This document shows, in pieces, positions 31,789-41,675 of a stretch of DNA of 61,730 nucleotides (positions within the stretch are counted from its first letter, which is position 1; every line of letters starts with the position of its first letter). A program made the translations under genes and the position numbers. The notes under the pieces were generated by a model that ran no database searches, was not told the origin of the DNA, and saw only the letters and a list, made by a program, of their open reading frames with translations. The stretch lies in assembly GCA_017525475.1 (NCBI GenBank), contig JAFXST010000089.1:1-61730 (forward strand). The letters are read 5' to 3'. The DNA comes from Kiritimatiellia bacterium. Its GTDB lineage: Bacteria > Verrucomicrobiota > Kiritimatiellia > RFP12 > UBA1067.

Positions 31789-32621
31789 AGATCGGCGCGC
31801 ATCTTTCCGCTTCGGGCGGCTACATGGCGATGGCGCAGACGGCGCTGGCCATCGGCGCCAACGTCTTCCAGTTCTTCACCCGCAATCCCCGCGGCGGCGC
31901 GGCCAAGCCGAGCGACCCCGAGGATACGGCCAAGTTCAACGCCTTCGCCGCCGAGCAGGGGATCGGCCCCATCCTGGCGCACGCCCCCTACACGCTCAAC
32001 GCCGCCGGCGCCGAGGCGCGGGTGAGGGAATTCGCCGAAGCGACGATGGCCGACGATCTCGAGCGGCTGGAATATACGCCGGGCGCCATGTACAATTTCC
32101 ATCCGGGCTCGCACGTGGGGCAGGGGGCCGAGAAGGGCATGGAGCTGATCGCCTCGATGCTGGAGCGCATCCTCGCCAAGCCCTACCGGACGACCGTACT
32201 TTTGGAGACGATGTCCGGCAAAGGCTCGGAGGTGGGGCGCGACTTCGGCGAGGTCGCCGAGATCATCCGGCGGGTCGAGCCCAACGTAGCGACGCCGATC
32301 GGGGTGTGCCTCGACACCTGCCACGTGTGGGACGGCGGCTACGATATCGTGGGCGATCTGGACGGTGTCATCGCCGAGTTCGACCGGACGGTGGGGCTCA
32401 AATACCTCAAGGCCATCCACCTCAACGATTCCATGAACGCGCTCGCGTCGCACAAAGACCGCCACGAAAAGATCGGCAAGGGGCATCTGGGCCTTGCGGC
32501 GATCGGGCGGATCGTCAACCATCCCGCGCTCCGGGATTTGCCGTTTTATCTCGAAACCCCCAACGACCTCCAAGGCTACAAGGAGGAAATCGAGCTTCTG
32601 AAAGGACTGGTAAAATGCTGA
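31785..32621 (+). CDS. nfo: Deoxyribonuclease IV (endonuclease IV, AP endonuclease family 2)
   Basis: ATGA overlap with the upstream gene. Motifs [29 protein letters not shown] and HLNDS. Confidence 0.85.
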   Translation: MKIGAHLSASGGYMAMAQTALAIGANVFQFFTRNPRGGAAKPSDPEDTAKFNAFAAEQGIGPILAHAPYTLNAAGAEARVREFAEATMADDLERLEYTPGAMYNFHPGSHVGQGAEKGMELIASMLERILAKPYRTTVLLETMSGKGSEVGRDFGEVAEIIRRVEPNVATPIGVCLDTCHVWDGGYDIVGDLDGVIAEFDRTVGLKYLKAIHLNDSMNALASHKDRHEKIGKGHLGLAAIGRIVNHPALRDLPFYLETPNDLQGYKEEIELLKGLVKC

Positions 32622-33457
32622 CATTCAACGATCCCGGCAAACTGCAGGCATGGTGCCGGCTGCGGCGCCAAAAGGGCGAGAAAATCGCGCTCATCCCCAC
32701 GATGGGCTATTTGCACGAGGGGCATCTGTCGCTGATCGCCGCCGCCAAGCGCAAGAACGCCACCCAGATCGTGGTGTCGGTGTTCGTCAACCCCACGCAG
32801 TTCGGGCCCAACGAGGATTACGACAAGTACCCGCGCGACGAAAAGGCGGACGTCACCAAGTGCCGCAAGGCCGGCGCCACGGCGATGTTCTTCCCCACGC
32901 CGCGCAACATGTATCCGGAGGATTATTCGGTCTTCGTCAACGAAGATCGCCTCAGCGCCACGCTGTGCGGCGCGCGCCGGCCGGGGCATTTCCGCGGGGT
33001 GTGCACGGTGGTGGCCAAGCTGTTCAACATCGTGCACCCGCACTTCGCCATGTTCGGGCAGAAGGATTTCCAGCAGGTGCAGGTCATTAGGCGCATGGTG
33101 CGCGACCTCAACTTCGACGTCGAGATCGCGATGGCGCCGATCGTGCGCGAAAAGTCGGGCCTGGCGCTGTCGAGCCGCAACACGTACCTTTCGGACGCGG
33201 AGCGCACGAGCGCGCTCGCGATTTCGGAGGCGCTGAGGACGCTTAGGCGCAAGATGCACAAGGTGAGCAAGCTGCCCGCCGGCGACGTCAAGAAGCAGAT
33301 CCTCGCCCATCTCGTGAAGAACGGGCTCAAGCCCGACTACGTGGAGGCGGTGGACGCCGAAACCCTGGCGCCTTCGGAAACCATCCGCAAGGGCGTGGCG
33401 GTGATGATCGCCGCCTACGCCGGCAAGACGCGGCTTATCGACAATACCATAATCTGA
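32615..33457 (+). CDS. panC: Pantoate--beta-alanine ligase
   Basis: [39 protein letters not shown]. Confidence 0.9.
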   Translation: MLTFNDPGKLQAWCRLRRQKGEKIALIPTMGYLHEGHLSLIAAAKRKNATQIVVSVFVNPTQFGPNEDYDKYPRDEKADVTKCRKAGATAMFFPTPRNMYPEDYSVFVNEDRLSATLCGARRPGHFRGVCTVVAKLFNIVHPHFAMFGQKDFQQVQVIRRMVRDLNFDVEIAMAPIVREKSGLALSSRNTYLSDAERTSALAISEALRTLRRKMHKVSKLPAGDVKKQILAHLVKNGLKPDYVEAVDAETLAPSETIRKGVAVMIAAYAGKTRLIDNTII

Positions 33458-33472
33458 ACCGAGGCAGTACCC

Positions 33473-34753
33473 ATGATCGACATCAAGAAACTCCGCGAGG
33501 CGTTCGAGGAAACCTGCGCCGCCCTGGCGCGGCGCGGCGTGGAGCGCGAAAGGCCCGAGCGGGCGCGCGATCTCGATGCGCGCCGTCGCGCGCTGGTGGC
33601 CGAGACCGAATCGCTCAAGGCGCTACGCAACGCCAAGAGCAAGGAAATCGGCATCGCGGCGCGGCAGGGCGGCGACATCGCCGCCGTCAAGGAGGAAATG
33701 CGCAAGGTGGGCGACCGCATCGCCGAAATCGACCGGGAACTTGCGGAGACGGAGAAGGGGCTGCGCGAAACGCTGCTCATGATCCCCAACCTGCCCGCGC
33801 CCGAAATCCCCACCGGACTCGATTCCTCGGCCAATGCGGAAGTGCGCCGGGTGGGCGAATGGCGCGACCCCGAATTCAAGATCCTCGACCACATGGCCAT
33901 CGGCGAGAAGCTGGGGATTTTCGACTTCCCGCGCGGCGTCAAGCTGACCGGCACGGGTTTTCCCATCATCCTCGGGCAGGGCGCCAAGCTGCAGCGCGCG
34001 CTCATCCAGTACATGCTCGATCTCCACTGCCAAACCCAGGGCTACACCGAGATGCTCCCGCCGTTCGTGGTGAACTCCGCCTCGATGACGGGCACGGGGC
34101 AGCTGCCGAAGTTCGCCGAAGACCTCTACCACTGCGAGGTGGACGATTTCTGGCTCATCCCCACGGCGGAAGTGCCGGTGACCAACTACTTCCGCGACGA
34201 TATCCTCAAGGCCGCGGATCTGCCGGTCAAGCTCACCGCCTACACGCCCTGCTTCCGTCGCGAGGCGGGGAGCGCGGGCAAGATGACGCGCGGGATGCTG
34301 CGCGTGCACCAGTTCGACAAGGTGGAGATGGTCAACTTCGTGCATCCCGACACTTCCTTCGCCCAGCTCGAAACGCTGGTGGGCGAGGCCGAGGCGGTGC
34401 TTAAGGGTCTCGGCCTCCACTACCGCGTGCTGCAGCTCTGCTCTGGCGACATGGGCTTTTCGGCCGCCAAGTGCTACGATCTGGAGCTTTGGGCGCCTGG
34501 CGAGCAGCAGTGGCTGGAGGTCAGCTCCTGCTCCTGCTTCACCGATTACCAGGCGCGCCGCCTCAACTGCCGCTTCAAGGATGCCGACGGCAAAACCAAG
34601 CTGGTGCATACGCTCAACGGTTCGGGCGTGGCGCTGCCGCGGCTGATGGTGGCGCTGTTGGAGCAGCACCAGAACGCCGACGGGTCGGTTACCGTCCCCG
34701 AGGTTTTGCGCCCGTACATGAACGGACAGGAAAAATTGCTTCCGGTAAAATAG
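33473..34753 (+). CDS. serS: Serine--tRNA ligase
   Basis: Coiled-coil N-terminal arm and a class II core (TGQLPKF, FRREAGS, HTLNGSGVA). Confidence 0.92.
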   Translation: MIDIKKLREAFEETCAALARRGVERERPERARDLDARRRALVAETESLKALRNAKSKEIGIAARQGGDIAAVKEEMRKVGDRIAEIDRELAETEKGLRETLLMIPNLPAPEIPTGLDSSANAEVRRVGEWRDPEFKILDHMAIGEKLGIFDFPRGVKLTGTGFPIILGQGAKLQRALIQYMLDLHCQTQGYTEMLPPFVVNSASMTGTGQLPKFAEDLYHCEVDDFWLIPTAEVPVTNYFRDDILKAADLPVKLTAYTPCFRREAGSAGKMTRGMLRVHQFDKVEMVNFVHPDTSFAQLETLVGEAEAVLKGLGLHYRVLQLCSGDMGFSAAKCYDLELWAPGEQQWLEVSSCSCFTDYQARRLNCRFKDADGKTKLVHTLNGSGVALPRLMVALLEQHQNADGSVTVPEVLRPYMNGQEKLLPVK

Positions 34754-34757
34754 CCCC

Positions 34758-34787
34758 TTGACAAGCCGGACGGATTTTTGCTATAAT
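34758..34787 (+). promoter_or_regulatory. Putative promoter of tRNA-Val
   Basis: TTGACA (34758-34763), an 18-nt spacer ending in TGC, then TATAAT (34782-34787) followed by A. The tRNA starts at 34801. Confidence 0.65.
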
Positions 34788-34800
34788 ATGCGACACTTTA

Positions 34801-34877
34801 GGGCGATTAGCTCAGTTGGTTAGAGCACTACCTTCACACGGTAGGGGTCACTGGTCCGAGTCCAGTATCGCCCACCA
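34801..34877 (+). tRNA. tRNA-Val (anticodon CAC), CCA encoded
   Basis: Hand-folded: acceptor GGGCGAT/ATCGCCC, D-arm GCTC-AGTTGGTTA-GAGC, anticodon arm CTACC-TTCACAC-GGTAG, T-arm ACTGG-TCCGAGT-CCAGT. Confidence 0.9.
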
Positions 34878-34889
34878 TCCCCCAGATTC

Positions 34890-35651
34890 ATGATTGAAGT
34901 AACCATACTTGGCGTCTTGCAGGGAATTGCGGAATTTCTCCCCGTCTCCAGTTCCGGCCATCTGGTCATCGCCCAGCATCTCTTGGGCATCGGCAAGGGC
35001 GGCATGCGGCTCGACATCTTCCTGCACCTCGGTACGCTCCTGGCGATTCTGGTCTACTACTTCGGCGCGGTGCGGCGTATCGTGACGCGGTTCGACTGGC
35101 TGTACATGGTCAAGCTCTTGGTCTCGGCCTTGCCTGCGGTGGCGGTGTACTTCACCTTCCAGAAGGCGATCGACAGCTCGTTCGAGGATCCGCATGCGGT
35201 GGGTGCGTTCCTCATGTTCACGGGCGCGGTTTTGATGATCACCCGGTACATTCCCGCCGGCGGCAAGGACGTTTCGCTCCTACGCGCGCTGTTGATGGGC
35301 TTCGCGCAGGCGTTTGCCATCTTGCCGGGCGTAAGCCGTTCCGGCATGACGCTGGCCGTGGCGCGCTCGGGGAAGGTGGAACCGTCGAAGAGCGCGGAAT
35401 TTTCGTTTTTGATGTCGGCGCCGCTCATCGCGGGCGGCAGCGTGCTCGAAATCGTCCGCATGGCCAAAACGCCGGCTTTGCTGCAAATAGGCGAGATTTC
35501 TTGGGGTTTGACGGCCTATGGCGCGGCCGTCGCGTTCGTGGTGGGGCTCGTGTCGCTCGCGGTTTTGGAGAAAATCATCAAGAGCCGCTGGTTCTGGCTT
35601 TTCGGTCCCTATTGCATTACTGCTGGACTTTTGACGCTGTTTTTGATATAA
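34890..35651 (+). CDS. uppP: Undecaprenyl-diphosphate phosphatase
   Basis: N-terminus ILGVLQGIAEFLPVSSSGHL and PGVSRSG. It starts 12 nt after the tRNA-Val CCA end. Confidence 0.9.
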   Translation: MIEVTILGVLQGIAEFLPVSSSGHLVIAQHLLGIGKGGMRLDIFLHLGTLLAILVYYFGAVRRIVTRFDWLYMVKLLVSALPAVAVYFTFQKAIDSSFEDPHAVGAFLMFTGAVLMITRYIPAGGKDVSLLRALLMGFAQAFAILPGVSRSGMTLAVARSGKVEPSKSAEFSFLMSAPLIAGGSVLEIVRMAKTPALLQIGEISWGLTAYGAAVAFVVGLVSLAVLEKIIKSRWFWLFGPYCITAGLLTLFLI

Positions 35652-35652
35652 T
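35624..35652 (+). promoter_or_regulatory. Putative promoter for secDF, embedded in the uppP 3' end
   Basis: TGGACT (35624-35629), a 17-nt spacer ending in TGA, then TATAAT (35647-35652) followed by A. The hexamer overlaps the uppP stop codon. Confidence 0.45.
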
Positions 35653-35689
35653 ATACAACCAAATTTGACCAAAGAAGGTATTAGACATC

Positions 35690-38251
35690 ATGGCAAAGGA
35701 AACTGTAGTTCGCAACAACATCTGGAAGTGGCTCGTCCTTGGACTGATCGCGGCCGTATCGATCTACGTCTGCAATCCGCCCTCGGAGAAGCTGCGCTTC
35801 GGGCTCGACCTCAAGGGCGGCACGTCGTTCACGCTCGGCGTGGACATGGATGCGCTGGCCGAAACGCTGACGGCCGCCAACCCGGCGCTCGCTGAGAATC
35901 CCGCCGCGCTCCAGAACAAGATCGACGAAACGCTCATGGGAGCCGACGAGCGCATCATCCAGGTGATCCGCCGCCGCGTGGACGCCATGGGCACCAACGA
36001 GCCGGTGATCCAGGGCATGAAGGACCATCGCCTGCTGGTGCAGCTGCCGGGCGTGGACGAAGAGGTGCGCAAGGCCGCCAAGGCTTCGCTCCAGTCGGCC
36101 GCGTTCCTGGAGTTCCGCCTCACCCACCCCAAGAACGACCAGCTCGTCGCCAAGCTGCTCGCCAAGGATGTCGCCCCCGAAGGCTACCGCAAGAGCGGCA
36201 GCGGCTACGCCCGCGCCGAGAACTTCGCCGAAGTCAGCAAGGTGCCCGGGTATCTCGCGCGCCTCGCCGCGTTCGAGACGCCGGACGCGCGCTACCGCTT
36301 CATGCTCGAGGATAACGGCGACGGCACCTACTCGCCCAATTTCGTTTCGCGCACCACCGAGCTTACCGGCAGTTCCCTCGTCAAGGCCGCCGTCCAGCGC
36401 GACCCCACCGCCGGTTCGCTCTCCATCGGCTTCGAACTCGACGCCGAGGGCGGGCAGAAGTTCGCCACCCTGACGCGCAACTACAAGGCGGGCGGCCCCA
36501 AGAATCCCACCGGCCGCGGCCGCCAGCTGGCCATCATCCTCGACGGCACGCTCATTTCGGCGCCGGTCATCAATTCGGAGATTTCCACCCGCGGCGAGAT
36601 CACCGGCCGCTTCGACGCCAAGAGCGCGCAGAAGCTCGCCAACGAGCTTAACGCCGGCGCGCTGCCGGCGCCGCTCAAGATCCTGGCCGAGACGACCGTC
36701 GCCCCCACCGTGGGCGAAGACGCCATCCACGCGGGCGTGGTGGCCGCCGTGCTCGGCTTCGTGCTCGTAGCCATCTTCATGTTCGTCTACTACTGGTACG
36801 CCGGTCTCGTGGCGGACCTGGCGCTCTTCCTCGACATCGCGCTTTTGCCCACGGCGCTCGTGCTCGTGGCCAACATCCTGGGCGCCTTCGCGCACGATCC
36901 TTCGATGGGCGGCGGCGGCTCGATGCAGCTGCCGGTTTTGACCATGCCCGGCATCGCGGGTCTCGTGCTGTCGCTCGGCATGGCGGTAGACGCCAACGTG
37001 CTCATCTTCGAGCGCATCCGCGAAGAGTTCCAGAAGGGCGCCAACGCAGGAAACGCCGTGCAGAACGGCTACGGCCGCGCGTTCACCGCGATCTTCGACT
37101 CCAACCTCACCACCATCCTGACCGGCATCATCCTCTTCGTGGTGGGCACCGGTCCCGTGCGCGGCTTCGCCATCACGCTCACCGCGGGCGTGGTCATCTC
37201 CATGTTCACGGCGGTGGTGGTTACCCGCCTCGTCTTCGACCACGCGGTCGACCCCGCTTCGGTCAAGCCGTTCAGGATGCTCCAGCTCTTCAAGGCGCCC
37301 AAGTTCGACTTCATGCGCTTTACCCGCAAGACGGTGCTCGGCTCGGTGGCGGTCATCGTCGTGACGCTCGCGATCTTCTTCATCCGTCTCGGCGTCAACC
37401 GCGCCTCGGTGCTGGCGGTGGATCTGACTGGCGGCACCTCGATCGTCTACAGCCTCGACCAGGAGGCGATGCCCGAGGTCAAGGACATCCGCGAAACGCT
37501 CAACGCGTTCGACAACGCCACCGTCATCCAGTACCAGCGCGGCGTGGGCGACACCACGCTCCTCGTCAAGACCGGCGAAACCGCCGAGACCGCCAAGGGC
37601 TCGAAGGTGGAGAACAAGGACGTGGGCGCGCATGTCACCAAGCTGCTCGTCGAGAAATTCCCCGAAGCCGGCTTCAAGGCCGCCTCGGTGGATGAAGTCG
37701 GCTCGGTGGTCGGCTCCGACCTCAAGCGCTCGGGCACCTACGCGGTACTCTTCTCGATCGTCGCCATCCTCCTGTACGTGGCGTTCCGCTTCGAGTTCGG
37801 GTTCGGCCTCGGCGCCATCGCGGCCCTCGCGCACGACGCCTTGATCACGCTCGGCCTCTTCTCGCTCTGCGGCCGCCAGGTGTCGCTCATCGTGATCACC
37901 GCGCTTTTGACGATCATCGGCTACTCGGTCAACGACACCATCGTCGTCTTCGACCGCATCCGCGAAAAGTGCCGCTTCAACCGCAATCCCAAGGCGGTGT
38001 TCGCCGACATCTGCAACGAGGCCATCAACCAGTGCCTGTCGCGCACGGTCATCACCTCGGTGACCACGCTCTTCGCGATCCTGGCGCTCTTCGCCTTCGG
38101 CGACGGCTCCATCTACGACTTCGCGCTCGCCATGCTGATCGGCGTGGCGGTGGGCACCTATTCCTCGATCTTCATCGCCACGCCCATCATGGTGTGGTGG
38201 TATCGCGGCAAGCTCCCCGAGTTCGAGGCGCCGGAAAAGAAAGAAGCGTAA
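35690..38251 (+). CDS. secDF: Protein translocase subunit SecDF (fused)
   Basis: 853 aa. SecD N-terminus and periplasmic domain (LGLDLKGG), then two RND-like six-TM bundles (the SecD and SecF halves). Confidence 0.9.
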   Translation: MAKETVVRNNIWKWLVLGLIAAVSIYVCNPPSEKLRFGLDLKGGTSFTLGVDMDALAETLTAANPALAENPAALQNKIDETLMGADERIIQVIRRRVDAMGTNEPVIQGMKDHRLLVQLPGVDEEVRKAAKASLQSAAFLEFRLTHPKNDQLVAKLLAKDVAPEGYRKSGSGYARAENFAEVSKVPGYLARLAAFETPDARYRFMLEDNGDGTYSPNFVSRTTELTGSSLVKAAVQRDPTAGSLSIGFELDAEGGQKFATLTRNYKAGGPKNPTGRGRQLAIILDGTLISAPVINSEISTRGEITGRFDAKSAQKLANELNAGALPAPLKILAETTVAPTVGEDAIHAGVVAAVLGFVLVAIFMFVYYWYAGLVADLALFLDIALLPTALVLVANILGAFAHDPSMGGGGSMQLPVLTMPGIAGLVLSLGMAVDANVLIFERIREEFQKGANAGNAVQNGYGRAFTAIFDSNLTTILTGIILFVVGTGPVRGFAITLTAGVVISMFTAVVVTRLVFDHAVDPASVKPFRMLQLFKAPKFDFMRFTRKTVLGSVAVIVVTLAIFFIRLGVNRASVLAVDLTGGTSIVYSLDQEAMPEVKDIRETLNAFDNATVIQYQRGVGDTTLLVKTGETAETAKGSKVENKDVGAHVTKLLVEKFPEAGFKAASVDEVGSVVGSDLKRSGTYAVLFSIVAILLYVAFRFEFGFGLGAIAALAHDALITLGLFSLCGRQVSLIVITALLTIIGYSVNDTIVVFDRIREKCRFNRNPKAVFADICNEAINQCLSRTVITSVTTLFAILALFAFGDGSIYDFALAMLIGVAVGTYSSIFIATPIMVWWYRGKLPEFEAPEKKEA

Positions 38252-38253
38252 GC

Positions 38254-39390
38254 TTGGAAGAAAGCAAGGAGAAGCTCCTCGAGGTCGAAGAGGTCCGCCA
38301 GCAGATCGCGGACCTCGAGACTCGCGTCGCCCAGATGGCCGATTACATCAAAATCGGCGAGCGGCGCGCCAAACTCAAGGAGCTCGAGGCCAAGCAGGCC
38401 GACGGCGAATTCTGGAACAACCAGAATCTGGCGCGCGAGGTGATCGCCGAGACCAACGCCGAACGCGCCTACGTGGGGCCTTACGATTCGCTCCTCAAAT
38501 CGGTGGAAGACGCGCGCGTGATGCTGGAGCTGGCCGAGATGGAGGAGGGCGCGGCCCAGCAGCAGGCGCTCAAGGACACGCTCGGCGAATGCGACAAGGC
38601 CGAGGGCTACTTCGCCAAGCTTAGGATGCAGAGCCTCTTGGGCGGCAAGTTCGACGCCTGCAACGTGTTCGTCAAGCTCCACGCCGGCCAGGGCGGCACC
38701 GAGGCGTGCGACTGGGTGCAGATGCTCTACCGCATGTACAAGCGCTACGCCGAAGACCAGGGCTGGAAGCTCGAAGAGTACGATATCCAGCCGGGCGAAG
38801 AAGCGGGGCTCAAGGACGTGTACTTCAAGATCGAAGGCCCCTACGCCTTCGGCATGCTCAAGGCCGAACGCGGCATCCACCGGCTGGTGCGCATTTCGCC
38901 GTTCGACGCCAACAAGCGCCGCCAGACTTCGTTCGCCTCGGTGGAGACGATCGCCGAGATCAACGACGATATCGACGTGGAGATCAAGGACGAGGATCTC
39001 AGGATCGACACCTACCGTTCGGGCGGCGCGGGCGGCCAGCACGTGAACAAGACCGATTCCGCCGTGCGGCTTACGCACTTGCCGACCGGCATCGTGGTGG
39101 CTTGCCAGAAGGAACGCTCGCAGCACATGAACAAGGAAAAGGCCATGAACATGCTGCGCGCCCAGCTCTACGAATACTACGAAGACCAGAAAAAGGCCGA
39201 GATGGACCGGTTCTACGGCGCCAAGTCGGCCAACGGCTGGGGTTCGCAGATCCGCTCCTACGTCTTTTGCCCCTATACGCAGGTCAAGGATCTGCGCACC
39301 GAGTACGAGACGAGCGACGTCAACGGGGTTATGGACGGCCATCTCCAGCCGTTCATCGAATCGTGGCTGCAGATGAAGGCGGCGGGCTGA
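38254..39390 (+). CDS. prfB: Peptide chain release factor 2 (single frame, no programmed frameshift evident)
   Basis: SPF tripeptide (RISPFD) and GGQ (GGAGGQHVNK). The N-terminal helix is continuous in one frame from TTG 38254, which lies directly after the secDF stop. The first ATG (38338) would truncate domain 1. The start is uncertain. Confidence 0.85.
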   Translation: MEESKEKLLEVEEVRQQIADLETRVAQMADYIKIGERRAKLKELEAKQADGEFWNNQNLAREVIAETNAERAYVGPYDSLLKSVEDARVMLELAEMEEGAAQQQALKDTLGECDKAEGYFAKLRMQSLLGGKFDACNVFVKLHAGQGGTEACDWVQMLYRMYKRYAEDQGWKLEEYDIQPGEEAGLKDVYFKIEGPYAFGMLKAERGIHRLVRISPFDANKRRQTSFASVETIAEINDDIDVEIKDEDLRIDTYRSGGAGGQHVNKTDSAVRLTHLPTGIVVACQKERSQHMNKEKAMNMLRAQLYEYYEDQKKAEMDRFYGAKSANGWGSQIRSYVFCPYTQVKDLRTEYETSDVNGVMDGHLQPFIESWLQMKAAG

Positions 39391-39737
39391 TGCCGTACTT
39401 CGAGGGCGAGAAATATCCCGAATACGGGCTTCAAAGTCGCGGCAGGCACGCGACTTTTTCGTCGGCGGTGGCGGCGGCCTTTAGCGAACTCGACGAGGAG
39501 ATCGCAACCCACCCCTTCGAGCAGCAGGTTTCCGACAACTTCAAGCGCCTGTTCCCCAAGGTGCCGGCCTGGCCGGGCAAGTTCGACCCGGAGACCGGCT
39601 ACTTCGACATCCTGGTCAAGAATCCGGCGTCGATGTTCATGCTCAAGCCCCGGCTCAAAGGCATGGAGGCCAAACTCCGGCAGCTGCCGGGCGCGCCCGC
39701 CAACTTCAAGGCCGTACTCCAAATCGCCATCCGATGA
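39390..39737 (+). CDS. DUF721-like (DciA-type) small protein
   Basis: TGATG overlap with prfB. 115 aa, with C-terminal pattern GYFDILVKNPASMFMLKPRL...KLRQL...FKAVLQI that resembles DUF721. Confidence 0.5.
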   Translation: MPYFEGEKYPEYGLQSRGRHATFSSAVAAAFSELDEEIATHPFEQQVSDNFKRLFPKVPAWPGKFDPETGYFDILVKNPASMFMLKPRLKGMEAKLRQLPGAPANFKAVLQIAIR

Positions 39738-41158
39738 TCGAACTCTTGTTGGTTGCCGCCGCGTTCGTTCGCCCGCTGGAGCGCGTATCCACGCTTGATC
39801 CGGCGTTGGCGCAGTCGGTCTACGATTGCCGGGCGGTGGGGCTCCTGTACGAGAGCGTACTCAAAATCGACTATGCCGCGCGCCCCTACCGGTTGGTGCC
39901 GGGCGTGTGCGAACTCCCGGAAACAAGCGCCGACGGCCTCGTCTACACTTTTGCGGTCCGGCCGGGCGCGGCCACCGCCGCCGACGTGGCGAGTAGCCTG
40001 GAGCGGCTGCGCGATCCCGCGATCGTCTCCCCCAACGGCTGGATCCTCAAGAACGTCGATACGATTTTGGCGGAGGATGGCCGGGTGGTGATTACGCTCA
40101 AGCGGCCGCAACGCGTGTTCCCGTGGCTTATGGCCATGCCCTCGGCCTCGGTCATGCTGCCCGACGGTTCGGGCACCGGCGCTTACCTGCTGGAGAGCTG
40201 GCGCAAGAACCACAAGATGGTTTTCCGGCGCAAAGAGCCGGTGGCGGGCGGCTTCGACGAGATCCGGTATCTCGTGGTGGACGACGCCTCCACCCAGTGG
40301 CTCATGTTCCTCAAGGGCGAAATCGACTTGCTCGGCGAGGTGAGCCGCGACAATTGGGACGCCGTCGTGGGCGCGGACGGCCGGCTCGACCCGCGCCTCG
40401 AGGCCGAGGGGGTCAAACTCTATTCGATGCCAACTTTGGAAACCATGTATATCGGCGTCAATATGCTCGACCCGGTTTTGGGCCCCAACAAAAAACTGCG
40501 CCAGGCGCTCAACTGCGCGTTCGACTTCGCCGAATGGAACCGCTTCTACCAGAATCGCGTGGTGGAGGCGCGTTCGCCCGTGCCGCCGCAGGTGGCCGGG
40601 GCCGTGGACGATCCGTTCCCCTACGCCTTCGATCTCGACAAGGCCCGGGCGCTCCTCGCGGAGGCCGGCTACCCCGGCGGCATCGACCCCAAGACCGGCC
40701 GCCGCCTGGTGCTTACGCTCGCCATCGGCCGCGCTTCGCAGGATTCGCGCGAGGCGGGCGAACTGTTGGCCGCGTTCTTTGCGCGCGTGGGCATAAAACT
40801 CGAGCTCAAGTTCTACACGTGGGATGCGTTTTTGAAGGCTGTCAACGAGGGCCGCGTGCAACTCTACCGCATGGGCTGGGTGGGCGACTATCCCGACGCG
40901 GAAAATTTCCTCCAGCTCTTCCACTCCAAGAACGTCTCGCCCGGCCCCAACCACTCCGCCTACGTCAATCCCGAGTTCGACGCGGCTTTCGATCGCGAGG
41001 ACTTTAGGCGTTGCCAGGAGATCGTGCGTGAGGATTGCCCGTGGATCTTCACCCATTTCAACAAGGCCAATTCGCTGTTGCGTCCCCGGGTGGGGGGCTA
41101 CATCCCCAGCGATTTCCCCTATGGCCAGGAGGCCTACTATGAAAACCTTGGCGATTGA
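39734..41158 (+). CDS. ABC transporter substrate-binding protein, family 5 (peptide/nickel type)
   Basis: ATGA overlap with the upstream gene. SBP_bac_5-like pattern (LDPALAQSVYDCRAVGLLYESVLKIDY, YTFAVRPG, GWVGDYPDAENFLQLF). The N-terminal signal sequence is weak. Confidence 0.75.
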   Translation: MIELLLVAAAFVRPLERVSTLDPALAQSVYDCRAVGLLYESVLKIDYAARPYRLVPGVCELPETSADGLVYTFAVRPGAATAADVASSLERLRDPAIVSPNGWILKNVDTILAEDGRVVITLKRPQRVFPWLMAMPSASVMLPDGSGTGAYLLESWRKNHKMVFRRKEPVAGGFDEIRYLVVDDASTQWLMFLKGEIDLLGEVSRDNWDAVVGADGRLDPRLEAEGVKLYSMPTLETMYIGVNMLDPVLGPNKKLRQALNCAFDFAEWNRFYQNRVVEARSPVPPQVAGAVDDPFPYAFDLDKARALLAEAGYPGGIDPKTGRRLVLTLAIGRASQDSREAGELLAAFFARVGIKLELKFYTWDAFLKAVNEGRVQLYRMGWVGDYPDAENFLQLFHSKNVSPGPNHSAYVNPEFDAAFDREDFRRCQEIVREDCPWIFTHFNKANSLLRPRVGGYIPSDFPYGQEAYYENLGD

Positions 41159-41675
41159 ACGCTCGGTTCTGAGTTTTGGCGCCTGCCACGACGGCGCTTG
41201 GGCGGAGAAGCTCGATTTGGACGGAGTCGGGCGCATTGTGGTGGGTACCGGCCCCGGTTCGTTCGCGGGCGTGCGCTCGGCCATCGCCTTTGCTCAGGGA
41301 TACGCCCTGGGGCGCCAGTGCGAGGTGCTGGGGCTCACGTCGGCGGCAGCGCTGGCGGAGGCGGGCGCGCAACGGGCGGTGGTGGGCGATGCCCGCCAAG
41401 GCAAGTTCTGGATTGCGCTTTTCGACGGCTTCAAGTTGATCACGCCCGTCTTCCAAGCGGACGGCGACACGCTGGAAAAGCGCGTTCCGCGCAATATGCA
41501 GGTAGTCTCGCCCGACCATGGGCGGATCGGCGACAAGCTCAAGGAACTGTTTTTGGAGCGCTATCTGGGCGAGGCCATTCCCGACGCCGTCGGGCTCCTC
41601 CGGGCGGCCGAGGCCAACCCCGCGCTCCTCGCCCCCGACCCCGTACCCATCTATCTCAATCCCGCCGTACGGTGA
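41139..41675 (+). CDS. tsaB: tRNA t6A biosynthesis protein TsaB (short form)
   Basis: GTGPGSFAGVRSAIAFAQG motif. At 178 aa it is shorter than typical TsaB (about 230 aa). Confidence 0.7.
   Translation: MKTLAIERSVLSFGACHDGAWAEKLDLDGVGRIVVGTGPGSFAGVRSAIAFAQGYALGRQCEVLGLTSAAALAEAGAQRAVVGDARQGKFWIALFDGFKLITPVFQADGDTLEKRVPRNMQVVSPDHGRIGDKLKELFLERYLGEAIPDAVGLLRAAEANPALLAPDPVPIYLNPAVR

Noticed and set aside
38254-38340. Programmed +1 frameshift in prfB
   Set aside because: There is no in-frame TGA and no CTTTGAC-like slippery site in the N-terminal region, and the whole protein reads in a single frame.
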